IMG/VR virus record: IMGVR_UViG_3300009702_000017
Location: 36,315 to 100,314 of that record
Strand: one strand, 5' to 3'
Source of the DNA: a virus
DNA length: 64,000 nucleotides
A program made the translations under genes and the position numbers. The notes under the pieces are model-generated. The model ran no database searches. It worked only from the letters and a program-made list of their open reading frames with translations, and was not told the origin of the DNA. Below, in pieces: positions 63,577 through 64,000 of the stretch. Each line of letters starts with the position of its first letter. The first letter of the stretch is position 1.

Positions 63577-64000
63577 ACCACAACAATAGATGGGACATTC
63601 TTTGCCGCATTGCGATCGATGATAGAACGATCGCATCGATCACCAATGGCTTGTATAGGGAATTCTATCCGCCTAAGAGGCAACGCTTATACGATGCTCA
63701 AAGGAGAGCTATGAAGCGTCTAATAAAGGCTCTCCTAACCAAGACGTGGGTCATGGCCGGGCCGGCAGCGGGGGACAGAGCCCTCCGACCAGCTCACGTC
63801 CTTCACCACCGCGTGCTCGACGCCGAGCGCGCGGACGAGCATCCTCGCGTTGCGCATCCCCTGCCTCCTCTTGGCTGAGTTGGAACAACCCAACCTTGAG
63901 GCTTGCAGGGGTGCGCGCTGCCGCTCTGGGCCCTGGGTGACCCACGTCTTGGTCACAAGAGCCCTAATAAAGACGCAGGAAGAACTACGGGAGTACGACA
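63573..64000 (+). pseudogene. hypothetical gene interrupted by a MITE
   Basis: Removing the element plus one target copy restores ...AMKRLIKTQEELREYD. Confidence 0.7.
63728..63963 (-). mobile_element. 236-bp non-autonomous IS derivative (MITE), probably ISL3 family
   Basis: 26-bp TIRs (23/26 match) starting GGCTCT; 8-bp direct repeat CTAATAAA at 63720-63727 and 63964-63971; GC-rich interior with an RBS and MRNARMLVRALGVEHAVV, resembling an ISL3 transposase N-terminus. Confidence 0.85.

Noticed and set aside
1-64000. Diversity-generating retroelement, retron, integrase or CRISPR array
   Set aside because: No reverse transcriptase, recombinase, template/variable repeat pair or repeat-spacer array was recognised.

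Overview
This is 64 kb of a large tailed dsDNA phage genome, about 50% GC by eye, with no rRNA, tRNA or CRISPR seen. The left half (1-32.1 kb) is mostly on the minus strand and carries a Herelleviridae/SPO1-type head module: terminase, portal, MuF-like minor head protein, prohead protease, scaffold, major capsid and neck adaptor. That module is interrupted by a nucleotide-metabolism/DNA-modification cluster (thyA, HNH-Mom fusion, MTase, GGQ release-factor domain) and by an opposite-strand island with sigma70 promoters. The right half (32.4-64 kb) is on the plus strand and carries replication, repair and proteostasis genes: chaperonin, SbcC, RuvC-like, class II RNR, DnaE, SSB, RecA, primase, DnaB, ClpP, CYTH, RNA ligase, RNase H and PDF. 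Main discovery candidate: head proteins are fused to enzymatic cargo (GGDEF cyclase lacking an I-site, ART-like domains, two kinase-like domains, NUDIX). An [L/I/M]-x-K-[S/A] motif recurs at the domain joints and in the capsid, scaffold and portal, suggesting protease-released effectors packaged in the virion. Other observations: two phage-specific promoter motifs (CTCGCTGTA, AATCTA) with leaderless geometry; several single-base frameshifts or in-frame TAGs, some next to perfect hairpins, including an amber in a GroES-like gene; and a 236-bp ISL3-derived MITE with 8-bp target duplications. Product calls come from motif recognition only; no database searches were run.
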